DNA of 64,000 nt from a virus (taxonomy: Duplodnaviria; Caudoviricetes): IMG/VR virus record IMGVR_UViG_3300025589_000004, positions 34,812 through 98,811 of that record. One strand, written 5' to 3'. Position 1 is the first letter of the stretch. Each line of letters opens with the position of its first letter. Shown here piece after piece: positions 41,300-51,230 of this stretch. A program made the translations under genes and the position numbers. A model generated the notes under the pieces. The model saw nothing but the letters and a program-made list of their open reading frames with translations. It had not been told where the DNA came from and ran no database searches.

Positions 41300-42055
41300 T
41301 TATCCAACAACAAATCCACAAATAGGTCCTTCACGATTCTTAAGCTCTTTAATCAGATTATCACGTTCTGCTATTCCTTCTTCTAAGATAGATGAATCTA
41401 CAGTGCCGCCACCAATCAATTGTACATTAAATTTCTTTCTAATATGTCCTAATAATATTTTTGCTTCAGCCAAAGCATATCTCTTAACCCACTCTTCACC
41501 ATATAACTGTTCTTCTGGTCTAACTGTATATACACCTAATATAACACATAATCTATTCCCCATAGTTATATCAGTTTCTCTTGGCTCTGGATATAGCGTC
41601 AATATTTTAGTTCTTTCATTATATGTAAAATCAAACCCTTTACCTACCATTATTCGCAACATATCAATATATTGTTTAGCAGTTTCATAAGTTAAAAATG
41701 AAAATCCAGCATTAATTGGTGTTTGATAATTAATAATTGAGTACATTATACTAGCGTCTATTGCATATAATGAACCAAATTCAGCTTCTGCAGTATCATG
41801 AGACAATGAAAATACCGAATAAACATTATCTGGTAATCTAATTCCTTCACCGAGCACATATCCAGATAGTGGTACTAATAAATATTTTTGGTCTTGTATA
41901 GCAAACTTACTAAACATTTCTGTAGCTTCATCAATAATAATATCTAATTGTTCTTCAGTTAATTCTACAGTAATTAATGGTGCACCTAACTTTAAAAGAA
42001 TATATCTTTTAATATCATTTCTAGTCTGTATTGAAAAATTTAATATAGTAGACAT
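41300..42055 (-). CDS. gp13: Neck protein
   Basis: YILLKLGAPLITVELTEEQL, WVKRYALAEAK..LG.IR.KF...L.GG. Confidence 0.9.
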   Translation of the reverse strand: MSTILNFSIQTRNDIKRYILLKLGAPLITVELTEEQLDIIIDEATEMFSKFAIQDQKYLLVPLSGYVLGEGIRLPDNVYSVFSLSHDTAEAEFGSLYAIDASIMYSIINYQTPINAGFSFLTYETAKQYIDMLRIMVGKGFDFTYNERTKILTLYPEPRETDITMGNRLCVILGVYTVRPEEQLYGEEWVKRYALAEAKILLGHIRKKFNVQLIGGGTVDSSILEEGIAERDNLIKELKNREGPICGFVVG

Positions 42056-42117
42056 AATATGTCTTAATTAATCTGTAGATTTTTGTTTTTTAATATATTC
42101 ACACATTTTAGCCATTT

Positions 42118-42576
42118 CTAATATTTATTTTTTAAATTTATTATTTTTGCAAATTCTTCTAACATTTTATTAGCTGATATTTTTGGATCAGCAAAAATAG
42201 AAACATCTATATTATGTTTAAGTCCTTCTCTGATAATCCTCATTTGTCCAGCATCAAATAGTAGATTAGCATATATACTAACATCAACATTGGCTAATAA
42301 ACCAAAATATATTGCAGCTCTTTGTTCAAAATCAAAATTAGAATGCAAGAACCAAGATACATCTATTTTTTGTACCAAGCCGTTAAAAACCATTTCTAAC
42401 AATCGATAACAAGCTACACTGTTTATTGAATATATCCTCAAAACAATTAACCCCCAAGATAAATCTAGATTATATTTAATAAATTTATTTAATATACTCT
42501 TTAGTTTTTCTATATTTTTATTATTTTTTAACCCGGTATTATTAATTATTATATTTATAAGTTCATTAGTTTTCAT
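42118..42576 (-). CDS. DVSxYAxPxF ~24-aa repeat protein
   Basis: Three GL....DVS repeats; TGATATAAT 9 nt upstream of the ATG. Confidence 0.7.
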   Translation of the reverse strand: MKTNELINIIINNTGLKNNKNIEKLKSILNKFIKYNLDLSWGLIVLRIYSINSVACYRLLEMVFNGLVQKIDVSWFLHSNFDFEQRAAIYFGLLANVDVSIYANLLFDAGQMRIIREGLKHNIDVSIFADPKISANKMLEEFAKIINLKNKY

Positions 42577-42692
42577 ATTATGAAAATTATATCATATAAA
42601 AATTTAATGATATTTATTATTAATTTTAAATATTAATTTTAAAAACAAATAATTTAAATAATTTAAACAACATGAATATTATATCATTATTG

Positions 42693-42767
42693 ATTATAAT
42701 AAACACGGAGTTAATTATAAATCAATATTGATATTATAATAAACACAGTGTTTATTAAAAATTATAA
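42693..42767. repeat. Direct repeat ATTATAATAAACAC x2 with a 10-bp inverted repeat
   Basis: Copies at 42693 and 42743; TAATAAACAC-A-GTGTTTATTA at 42747..42767. Confidence 0.6.
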
Positions 42768-42773
42768 AAATCA

Positions 42774-43160
42774 CTATCTTGGGCTTTTTCCAGCATATCT
42801 AATAACATCTTTTGAAGCTTTATATCTCGGAGTGGTTATTGGCACTAATGATACTGAAGTAAATTCAAGTTTAGATAATACTTTAATAAGTTCATTTAGT
42901 ACGGTTTTAGTTGTAGAATTGGATACGTGATTGATAATATATTTTAAAAATCTGATTATTTCTACATATTTGATATTACCAAATGATTTACCTTCTGTTA
43001 TAATATCACCGTCAACGTATCTTGATATATTCTTATAGGTTTCTGCAATAATAAAATGTAATATATTTTTAATATTGTTAGATGGTATCATTTCAATTTT
43101 GTTAGATAATCTATCTAATTCTGATATTTCTTTTTCAAATAAATTAATTCTATCATTCAT
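42774..43160 (-). CDS. Hypothetical protein
   Basis: 128 aa, AGGAG RBS. Confidence 0.65.
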   Translation of the reverse strand: MNDRINLFEKEISELDRLSNKIEMIPSNNIKNILHFIIAETYKNISRYVDGDIITEGKSFGNIKYVEIIRFLKYIINHVSNSTTKTVLNELIKVLSKLEFTSVSLVPITTPRYKASKDVIRYAGKSPR

Positions 43161-43164
43161 ATTT

Positions 43165-43857
43165 TCAGCTCCTAAAGAATACTATAGCATGATTAAATAT
43201 AATTTTTAATTTACGTTTGTTATCATCATCAGAATAAAATGCGATATTTAAAAAATTAGTTATCTTAGATAATCTAGATTTGATATCTAAAGAATTATCT
43301 AATTTTTTCAATAATATCAAATTGGTTTTCAAATTATCAATAATCTTTTTCTCTAATTCTTCTTGAAATTTTTTATCCAGAAAATCATAACTATAATTAT
43401 CTGACAATAATAATACCACCTCATTCTCTTTTTCTCTATATATACCTTCAACCCCACCAATCAATTTATTAAGAAACATAAACAGTTTATTATAATTAAA
43501 ATATAATACTAAAACATTATTACTTATAAATGCATCAAATAATATAGCATTTTCTATATTATTTTGATTATCTTGTGTTATAGTTGTGGCTGTAGTAGCT
43601 ACATTATCTGGACTATTTGCAGTTAATATATTATTAGCTAAATATACATTGCCTCCAAATAAACTATTATTTTCTATCTCATTTTCTAGTAATTCGGTTA
43701 TTAAATAATAAGTCTTAAATGAAGTATCTTTAATTTTTGCTTCATTGATTAATTTTGAAAAATTAACAAAATCTTTAATAGTTAATTCTTTACCTTGTTT
43801 ATGTTTATTTTCAATAAATATCTTAATTGATTTTCCAGAAAAATCTAATATATTCAT
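43165..43857 (-). CDS. Hypothetical protein
   Basis: 230-aa ORF. Confidence 0.65.
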   Translation of the reverse strand: MNILDFSGKSIKIFIENKHKQGKELTIKDFVNFSKLINEAKIKDTSFKTYYLITELLENEIENNSLFGGNVYLANNILTANSPDNVATTATTITQDNQNNIENAILFDAFISNNVLVLYFNYNKLFMFLNKLIGGVEGIYREKENEVVLLLSDNYSYDFLDKKFQEELEKKIIDNLKTNLILLKKLDNSLDIKSRLSKITNFLNIAFYSDDDNKRKLKIIFNHAIVFFRS

Positions 43858-43919
43858 AAATTGTCCATTATGTCCTATATATGGCCATTATATATTATTA
43901 TTTATGTTTTTAATTTTAA

Positions 43920-44300
43920 AAAAAATATAAATATATTAAAAACCTAAATAAAATTTTAAAATTATTCAAAAATGACCTAGATTTTTTAGATATATCTTGG
44001 TTATTATTGAGTAAAAACAGTCAAATTCCAAATAAAGCAAGATTAATTGCTCAAGGTTTAAGAGAAGAATTAGATGTTAGTTGGTATGCTAATCCAGAAT
44101 TTGATAAATATCAAATGTGCGAAATATATAATGGCTTAAAAGGTGGTATTGATGTTTCTGTTTTTGCTAATCCGAAATTTGATGCTAAACAAATGAAGCA
44201 AATAAGAGGTGGGCTTGAAGAAGGTATAGATGTATCAATTTATGCTGATCCTATTATATCAGCAAATAAAATGTATGATATATATTTAAATTATATTTAA
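43920..44300 (+). CDS. DVSxYAxPxF repeat protein (start uncertain)
   Basis: Three repeats; frame open from 43920 with KYIKNLNKILKLFKNDLDFLDISW, similar to the N-terminus of 42118..42576. Confidence 0.65.
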   Translation, partial: KKYKYIKNLNKILKLFKNDLDFLDISWLLLSKNSQIPNKARLIAQGLREELDVSWYANPEFDKYQMCEIYNGLKGGIDVSVFANPKFDAKQMKQIRGGLEEGIDVSIYADPIISANKMYDIYLNYI

Positions 44301-44358
44301 ATCTTGTCAACAAAAAAATTTAAATAAGGTATAATGATTAAAAAGAAAAAGTATTTTT

Positions 44359-47004
44359 ATGTATAGAAATCTGATTTATTTTAATAATTTGAATAATAAA
44401 TCTGTAGTCAAATTATATACTTGGGATAAAGCCGGTAATAGAATAGCCACATTAGAAGAATTTAATCCATATTCTTATATTAGTTTTAAGGACAAGATAG
44501 ATATTTCTTTAATTAAATCGATTTTGAGAAAAGAAGATTTTGTTGATATTTATGGTAATAATATATTAAAATTAATATTTGCAAACAACATAGAACGTAA
44601 TAATTTTCATGAAAATTATGGTAGTATAATAGATATTATCAGCTCATTTACTCCTACACAAGAATATATACATCATAAATTTGCAAATCAAATATATCCA
44701 TTACATTCAATTGAAAAAATATATTCATTTTCAAAACATAACCTAAAAATATACTTTATAGATATAGAAATAGGTACAGATGAAGGAATACCAGATATAT
44801 TTGTAGCTAAAAATCCTATAGTATTAATATCAATATATGATATTTATAATAACAAAATTATCAGTTTTGCTAATAAATCTGGAATAAATAGAGACCATAG
44901 TAAACTTATAAATGAGTTATATTTATTCGATTCTGAACAGGAATTAATAGAAGCTTTCCTAGAATTTATCAAAAAAGAACATCCAGATATAATATCAGGC
45001 TGGAATATCAAATCATTCGATCTACCTTATCTATACTATCGCTGTATCAGACTATTCAATGACGAAACATATATCAATAGAATGATTGAAGGCAAATCTT
45101 ATGGTCTATCATTCTATATTAATCATAAAAATATAGCTAATAAAATATATTTCAATATCAGAATTCCTACATATTCTATTATTGACTATATGGAACTATA
45201 TCGAGATAAATTCATGTTTACTTGTGCTAGCTATTCGTTAGATGCAGTAAGTAAGCAAGAATTAGGACTATCTAAAACTGAAAATACAGTATTACATAAT
45301 GTTAGTTTTAAAGATAGATGGACTAAATACTATGACGATTTTCTAGAGTATAATGTTAATGATGTTATTCTATTAAAGAAATTAGAGGATAAGCTAAATC
45401 TACTAAAATTATCTAGAATTATATGTAATATGTGTTTAGTAGAATACGAAAGCATATTTTCTACAACTAAATTAGTTAGTAGTTTATTATATAATTATAG
45501 CTTATTCCACTACAATAAAATCTTCAAAACATATTTAGATAAAGATAATATAGAAGATGATATAACTGGCTATACTGGGGCATTTGTATTGGATACTAAA
45601 CCGACATATAGAAATAAAACACAAGTTTGTATAGATTTCAATAGTCTATATCCTATGACAATGTTAACATTAAACTTATCTCCAGAAACTAAAGTAGAAA
45701 AAGATAATTTAGCTAAATATAATATCAATGATTTAATTAAAGCTAAAAATGATACTTATTTTGTCAGACATAACATTAAATTAGGAGTAATACCATCATT
45801 AATTGATTTTATGTATAGTACACGTGTTTCAATTAAAAAGAAATTAGTAGAATTACAAAAATCCAATAAAAACTCAGATAAAATAATTTTCTATAAATTA
45901 TTCCAAGAAAATCTAAAAAATATAATGAATTCTATATATGGACTGTTTGGTAGTAAATATAGTCCAATAAAAGATAAAGATTTAGCTGAGGCGATAACAA
46001 TTACTGACAGATTTATTATAACTACAATTATCAAATTGATTAACGAATATTTTTCCAGAAAAACTAATGGTAAAATTAAAGAATCAGTATTATTATCTGA
46101 TACTGACTCAGTTATTATTGATACTAGTTATTTTCTAGAAAATTATTTGAAAAGTAAAAATATAACTGAAAATGAATTTTATGATAAAAATGCAAATTAT
46201 ATTAAAGATTTTGTGGAGATTATAATTTATAAGTTTATTGATAGGATTAATGATTTTATAGAAAAAAGTATTATTAAGCAAGAATTTAATTCTGATTATG
46301 TAGATAAGATTAAGTTTAAGTTTGAATATTTATCTAAGGTAGGATTTTTCTTGGCGAAGAAGCATTATTTAGTTAATATAATATATGATGGAATAAATAT
46401 GGTTGATATAATGAAATATACTGGGATTGAGATTAAAAGGAAGGAATTTTCAGAAAAAGTAAAGAATATATTGGAAAGAATATATTTGGGTATTATAAAA
46501 GAAAATTGGAATAATAATCCGGTTATATTATATAATGAGATAGTTAAGCTGTGGAATGGGTTTAAGCAATTTGATTTTGATGATATATCGTTTCATAAAG
46601 GATATTATTCAGAAAGAGTGGCTAAGGAATTTTTGGAAATGGAAAAAGCTGCAACAATACAATCTAAAGCAGCGATATTCTATAATCAATTATTAGAAAA
46701 ACTTAATTTAACAAATAAGTATGAAAAGATATATTTGAATGATAAAATTAGATTTTGTTATGTTAAATCTAAAAATAAAAAGTACAATGTAAATGTAATT
46801 GGCTATAAAAATAAGTTTCCAGATGAATTTAGAGATTTGTTTGAAATTGATTATAAAACTATGTGGAATAAGACAATATTTCCTACATTAGAAAAAATAG
46901 CTACTATATTAAATATCATCCCATTTGACATAGAAGAATTAGCTAATAAAACATTATTGCTGCCATTATTAAATAAAAACAATACAACTATAACTTTTAA
47001 ATAA
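44359..47004 (+). CDS. gp43: Family B DNA polymerase
   Basis: DIE, GWN..FDLPY, YNVND, DFNSLYP, K..MNSIYG, SDTDS, KKHY. Confidence 0.95.
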   Translation: MYRNLIYFNNLNNKSVVKLYTWDKAGNRIATLEEFNPYSYISFKDKIDISLIKSILRKEDFVDIYGNNILKLIFANNIERNNFHENYGSIIDIISSFTPTQEYIHHKFANQIYPLHSIEKIYSFSKHNLKIYFIDIEIGTDEGIPDIFVAKNPIVLISIYDIYNNKIISFANKSGINRDHSKLINELYLFDSEQELIEAFLEFIKKEHPDIISGWNIKSFDLPYLYYRCIRLFNDETYINRMIEGKSYGLSFYINHKNIANKIYFNIRIPTYSIIDYMELYRDKFMFTCASYSLDAVSKQELGLSKTENTVLHNVSFKDRWTKYYDDFLEYNVNDVILLKKLEDKLNLLKLSRIICNMCLVEYESIFSTTKLVSSLLYNYSLFHYNKIFKTYLDKDNIEDDITGYTGAFVLDTKPTYRNKTQVCIDFNSLYPMTMLTLNLSPETKVEKDNLAKYNINDLIKAKNDTYFVRHNIKLGVIPSLIDFMYSTRVSIKKKLVELQKSNKNSDKIIFYKLFQENLKNIMNSIYGLFGSKYSPIKDKDLAEAITITDRFIITTIIKLINEYFSRKTNGKIKESVLLSDTDSVIIDTSYFLENYLKSKNITENEFYDKNANYIKDFVEIIIYKFIDRINDFIEKSIIKQEFNSDYVDKIKFKFEYLSKVGFFLAKKHYLVNIIYDGINMVDIMKYTGIEIKRKEFSEKVKNILERIYLGIIKENWNNNPVILYNEIVKLWNGFKQFDFDDISFHKGYYSERVAKEFLEMEKAATIQSKAAIFYNQLLEKLNLTNKYEKIYLNDKIRFCYVKSKNKKYNVNVIGYKNKFPDEFRDLFEIDYKTMWNKTIFPTLEKIATILNIIPFDIEELANKTLLLPLLNKNNTTITFK

Positions 47005-47034
47005 GATTTAAATTGTTAATATTAAAATTATTAA

Positions 47035-47086
47035 ATAACTATATCATTATCAATAACTTATATGATTTAGCTAAAAAATCAAAAAA
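47035..47086 (+). repeat. 52-bp perfect inverted repeat, right copy
   Basis: Matches the reverse complement of 35360..35411; directly upstream of promoter cassette 1. Confidence 0.95.
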
Positions 47087-47089
47087 GAA

Positions 47090-47129
47090 CCTTCTTTTTT
47101 TCAGAAAAATGGTATAATATATATAGAAG
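47090..47129 (+). promoter_or_regulatory. Repeated early promoter, copy 1
   Basis: CCTTCT-17nt-TATAAT; 22-bp core AATGGTATAATATATATAGAAG. Confidence 0.8.
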
Positions 47130-47175
47130 ATAAAACAACAGTAAAAATTAAACAAACAAAGAAAGGAAAAACGCT

Positions 47176-47868
47176 ATGTCAAACGCAATCACAAATGAAA
47201 TCAATAACGCTGTTGAATATCTCGCAGAAAAATTTGATCATATAGCAAGTAGGCAAAGGAAGAATGCGGATAGAAGGATTATAATAGGGCATCTTTCTGA
47301 TATCAAAAATAAATGGGTTATGATGAACGGGCTTGCGTGCATTGGCAATATGAGCCTCAATGAATTCCTTAATAGCGAGCTCGTCATTGATAAACAATTC
47401 GTATTGAATGTCCATCCTGATGAAATAAAAAGAGTAATCACATCTAATATCAATGACGTTAAAGCCTCTGCTGTCGGTGATAATCAATTTAATTATAAAG
47501 TTACATATCAACTACTTGCTTTGCCAAATATCAAAAATAATACACGGCTCGGATTCGTAAATGGTAAAGCATATAATGTGAAATTTAATAAACGAACTTG
47601 GAAATTTGAATGGTCTGAAAATAACACAATCAAAGATGCTCCTGCTACTACCGGCTCGTTCTTATTTAATGAGGATATATTCGCAATGCTCCATATCCTC
47701 GCATACGATTTTAATGTCAATGAAATGGAGTTCATAACTGAAAAGAACACACCAAACGCAAGCGTGTATTTAGGTGAAAATAGTTTCGCTGTCACTATGC
47801 TAATGGTCAAAGCAAGTGACAAAAACACATTCTATGACGATGTGTTTAAAGATGCTATTCAACAATAA
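47176..47868 (+). CDS. Hypothetical early protein with higher-GC codon usage
   Basis: 230 aa, AAGGA RBS, behind a repeated promoter. Confidence 0.75.
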   Translation: MSNAITNEINNAVEYLAEKFDHIASRQRKNADRRIIIGHLSDIKNKWVMMNGLACIGNMSLNEFLNSELVIDKQFVLNVHPDEIKRVITSNINDVKASAVGDNQFNYKVTYQLLALPNIKNNTRLGFVNGKAYNVKFNKRTWKFEWSENNTIKDAPATTGSFLFNEDIFAMLHILAYDFNVNEMEFITEKNTPNASVYLGENSFAVTMLMVKASDKNTFYDDVFKDAIQQ

Positions 47869-47873
47869 ATATA

Positions 47874-48179
47874 ATGGAGGTAATTATGAATAGTATATTA
47901 GATAATCTTATTAGTATAAACAATAATTCTGTTGAAGGACAAGAAAAGATTAATAGATGTCGAATCTGTGGTGGATATTTTAATTATTTTAATTTGTCCA
48001 ATATATTTACAAATAAAAATCTTAAAAAAAATATATTACTAATGATATATTTAAAAATATTATTTAAAATCAATGAATTACAAGAAAATATAGAAAATAT
48101 AACTAATTCAAAGATAATAATCTGTAAAAGTTGTTATAATCAAATAATAAGAGAGCTTAAAGAACAAAAAAATAATTAA
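47874..48179 (+). CDS. CxxC...CxxC zinc-finger protein
   Basis: CRIC and CKSC; the likely start is ATG 47886 after GGAGG; similar to 49676..50053. Confidence 0.65.
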   Translation: MEVIMNSILDNLISINNNSVEGQEKINRCRICGGYFNYFNLSNIFTNKNLKKNILLMIYLKILFKINELQENIENITNSKIIICKSCYNQIIRELKEQKNN

Positions 48180-48185
48180 TTATCA

Positions 48186-48225
48186 CCTTCTTTTTCTGAG
48201 AAAAATGGTATAATATATATAGAAG
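48186..48225 (+). promoter_or_regulatory. Repeated early promoter, copy 2
   Basis: CCTTCT-17nt-TATAAT with the same 22-bp core. Confidence 0.8.
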
Positions 48226-48236
48226 GAGAAACAAAA

Positions 48237-49640
48237 ATGAAAGAAAAAATAGAAAGTTTAATAAATGTGCATTTATTAAATTTAATAAATGCAATAAAGA
48301 CAAAATATCTTATTGGGGACTTGTTCTTCATATCCCTGATTCTGAACGAAGCCAATTTAAATCTCGCAGATGATGCAGATGATAAATCTGATATACCAGC
48401 TGCAGCTATCAGCGTTGTCAATGGTAAAATCAATTTATATATCAATCCACAAGAAATAATGAAGATTGTCAATAATGAAGATAAACTTTTTGCTGAATTT
48501 CTTGAATTAATAATAATTCACGAAATACTTCATATTATATATAATCACACCGAAAGAGCAAAGAGAAAAGAAGATAAAGTATTATATAATGTTGCTGGTG
48601 ATTATGTTATTAACGGTAACATTATAGAATACTTTTCAAAAAACAACAAATTTGCTAGAGCAATAGAAATCTTCAAAAAAATTGGACTTTACGAGACAAA
48701 ATATCTAAAGCAGTTAGAAGAAATTGTATATGATGATTTGAAACAAAACCAGCAGAATCAACAAAATCAAAACAATTCCAACAACAATAATAATTCTGAT
48801 AAGTCTAACAACTCTAAATCTAACACTTCTGATAATTCTAATAAATCTAATAAATCTGATAATTCTGATAATAATGGTAATAACAATAATAGTCAGATTT
48901 CTTATGATGATATTTCAAATATAAACAAAAATATCAAAAAGATTCCATCTCTTAAAAATTATGATATGTCAAAACTAAATGATAATATCAAGAAAAAAAT
49001 AGAAGAAATAGTTGCAACCGTATCACAATTGAATTCTTCAGAAAATAAAATGAAAGGAAGCGGAAATGCTATAATTGAATCTCTATTAAAATATAGAGAG
49101 TATTCGAATCGAAAAACATTAACTGAAATACTTAAAAAATCTATTTTGAATGTTCTTGATAAAGAGATGGCTTATACCTGGTCAAAACCAAGATTGTCTG
49201 GTCTGGCTTTAGGGCAAATGTTGCCTTCAGATGATTCTGATGAATTAACTTATGGTAGTATTGTTATAGCACTTGATGAATCAGGTTCAGTTTCAAACGA
49301 TGAATTGGAAAAAGCAATTCCAATAATAGTTAATTTGATTAAATATTTTAAAGAAGTGCATATTATTAAACACGATGAAAAAATTAATTTTTATAAGATT
49401 TATAATAAAAATAATATCAATACGCTTGAAAAAGATATATTAGTTAGAAGATGTTGTGGTGGTACGAGTCATAAGGAAGTTTTTGAAAAGATTAATTTGA
49501 TAGCAAAAAAGAATTATAATGAATTGTCAGTAGCAGTGATAATATCAGATATGTTGTCTGATATTGATGAGACAAAAAAGATATTGAAAAAAGGTATTAA
49601 AACAGTTTTAATTGATACAAATAATTTAAAGATAATTTAA
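48237..49640 (+). CDS. HExxH metallopeptidase-vWA protein (DUF2201-like)
   Basis: HEILH, YNVAGDYVIN, N/S/Q linker, MIDAS DESGS, GGT, IISD. Confidence 0.85.
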   Translation: MKEKIESLINVHLLNLINAIKTKYLIGDLFFISLILNEANLNLADDADDKSDIPAAAISVVNGKINLYINPQEIMKIVNNEDKLFAEFLELIIIHEILHIIYNHTERAKRKEDKVLYNVAGDYVINGNIIEYFSKNNKFARAIEIFKKIGLYETKYLKQLEEIVYDDLKQNQQNQQNQNNSNNNNNSDKSNNSKSNTSDNSNKSNKSDNSDNNGNNNNSQISYDDISNINKNIKKIPSLKNYDMSKLNDNIKKKIEEIVATVSQLNSSENKMKGSGNAIIESLLKYREYSNRKTLTEILKKSILNVLDKEMAYTWSKPRLSGLALGQMLPSDDSDELTYGSIVIALDESGSVSNDELEKAIPIIVNLIKYFKEVHIIKHDEKINFYKIYNKNNINTLEKDILVRRCCGGTSHKEVFEKINLIAKKNYNELSVAVIISDMLSDIDETKKILKKGIKTVLIDTNNLKII

Positions 49641-49675
49641 AGAAATTTAAAGAATTAAAAGAAAGGAGATATACA

Positions 49676-50053
49676 ATGCGAACAAAAATTAATAATATCT
49701 TAAATAAAATTGATAATTATAGTAGAGTAAATTGTGATATATGTGGTAATGTTAATAGTTATTTAGATAAGTCAAATAGTTTGTTTTTCAGATTATTAAA
49801 GATGTTTTTAAAAAGTACGGAGTTGAAAAAGAGTAGTAATTATTATTTCTTTAATGATTTGTTTAAAGACATATTAAGAATAATAGATGAAAAATTATAT
49901 ACAAAACATTCAAAACATTTAGATAATATACAATTTGTTTGTAATCAATGCTTTAAGAAAATGACCAAAGATATAGCTTATAATAAATTATCAAATATAT
50001 CTGATTATCAATTATTTAGAGAAAGTATTAAAATGAAAAATTTTTTAAAATAG
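49676..50053 (+). CDS. CxxC...CxxC zinc-finger protein
   Basis: CDIC and CNQC; AAGGAG RBS. Confidence 0.7.
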   Translation: MRTKINNILNKIDNYSRVNCDICGNVNSYLDKSNSLFFRLLKMFLKSTELKKSSNYYFFNDLFKDILRIIDEKLYTKHSKHLDNIQFVCNQCFKKMTKDIAYNKLSNISDYQLFRESIKMKNFLK

Positions 50054-50055
50054 CA

Positions 50056-50095
50056 CCCGTTTTTTTCCAAAATAATGGTATAATATATATAGAAG
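50056..50095 (+). promoter_or_regulatory. Repeated early promoter, copy 3
   Basis: CCCGTT-17nt-TATAAT with the same 22-bp core. Confidence 0.8.
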
Positions 50096-50122
50096 ATAAA
50101 ACAAATAAAGGAGAGATAAACA

Positions 50123-51202
50123 ATGAAAGTCAACGTAAAAAATCTAAAAGGAACGATAAAGAATGCAATAACAACAAAAACTTCAATTATGCTCGCAGGA
50201 AAGCCTGGTATTGGTAAAACTGAAGTTTTTTTACAGACAATAAAAGAATTCGAAAAAGAGACAAATAAAAAATGTAATATAAAAATAATATATCTTCACA
50301 GCACATTGCTTGAACAACTTACCGGTGTTCCAACCCCAAATGGAACATGGTCAAAACCAGAAATCTTAAATCTGCCTGAAGGTTATGATTACTACATTTT
50401 CTTATTCGACGATATTCATTTGGCAGACAAGAATAAACAGGGGATATTATTCCAAATCTTGACACATCATTATGTCAACGGGCATAAATTCCCTGAAAAT
50501 TCAATATTTGTTCTAGCTGGCAATGGCGTTGAAGACAATGCTGGTGCCAATATAATGTTAGCACCAGTAGTCAATCGTTTGCTCAAATTCAACGTAGAAG
50601 CCGACTATGATTCCTGGAAAAACTACTTAAAATCAACAAATATCGAGAAAAAAATAGCAGATATAGTAACAAGCTTTTTGGAATACGAAACAAATAACAA
50701 ATATTTCCACTATTACAATGACACTATGGAAAATGAACCTTTTCCAAGCCCAAGAAGCTGGACAAATATGATGAATTTCATCACTCCCTCTCTAGATGAG
50801 ATGTTAGATAATAGAGAATTATTTTTGGAAACCACATCGGCCGCTATAGGTAAAGAAGCCGCAACAAAATTACTAGAATATGTCATAGTATTTAATAGAT
50901 TCAAATCTATAGATGATTTATTGGCAGTTAATGTAAAGAAGTTAACTTCGATAGAGTATTATATATATACAATTAGCTCAGCAAAGTTCTTTGTAGAAAA
51001 TATAAACAAAAAAGAATTGACAGAAAAATTGTTCAATCTAATAACAAAACTAGACCCAACATATATAGTACTCTTCCTAAAAAAAGTTATAGATGCAACA
51101 ATAAACAAAGATAGACATTTAACAACAGTGAAATCATTGATTGAGAAGCTTCCAGAAAATCTTAAAGAGAAAATATCTGAAATATTTGATTTGATTAAAT
51201 AG
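50123..51202 (+). CDS. MoxR-like AAA+ ATPase
   Basis: GKPGIGKT, FLFDD, LAGN, PVVNR, FPSPRSW. Confidence 0.9.
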   Translation: MKVNVKNLKGTIKNAITTKTSIMLAGKPGIGKTEVFLQTIKEFEKETNKKCNIKIIYLHSTLLEQLTGVPTPNGTWSKPEILNLPEGYDYYIFLFDDIHLADKNKQGILFQILTHHYVNGHKFPENSIFVLAGNGVEDNAGANIMLAPVVNRLLKFNVEADYDSWKNYLKSTNIEKKIADIVTSFLEYETNNKYFHYYNDTMENEPFPSPRSWTNMMNFITPSLDEMLDNRELFLETTSAAIGKEAATKLLEYVIVFNRFKSIDDLLAVNVKKLTSIEYYIYTISSAKFFVENINKKELTEKLFNLITKLDPTYIVLFLKKVIDATINKDRHLTTVKSLIEKLPENLKEKISEIFDLIK

Positions 51203-51230
51203 CCTCCTATAAAACACATTATCTCTCCTG

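Noticed and set aside
48740-48900. AAT/TCT/GAT repeats
   Set aside because: They encode the N/S/D/Q linker usual between the peptidase and vWA domains.
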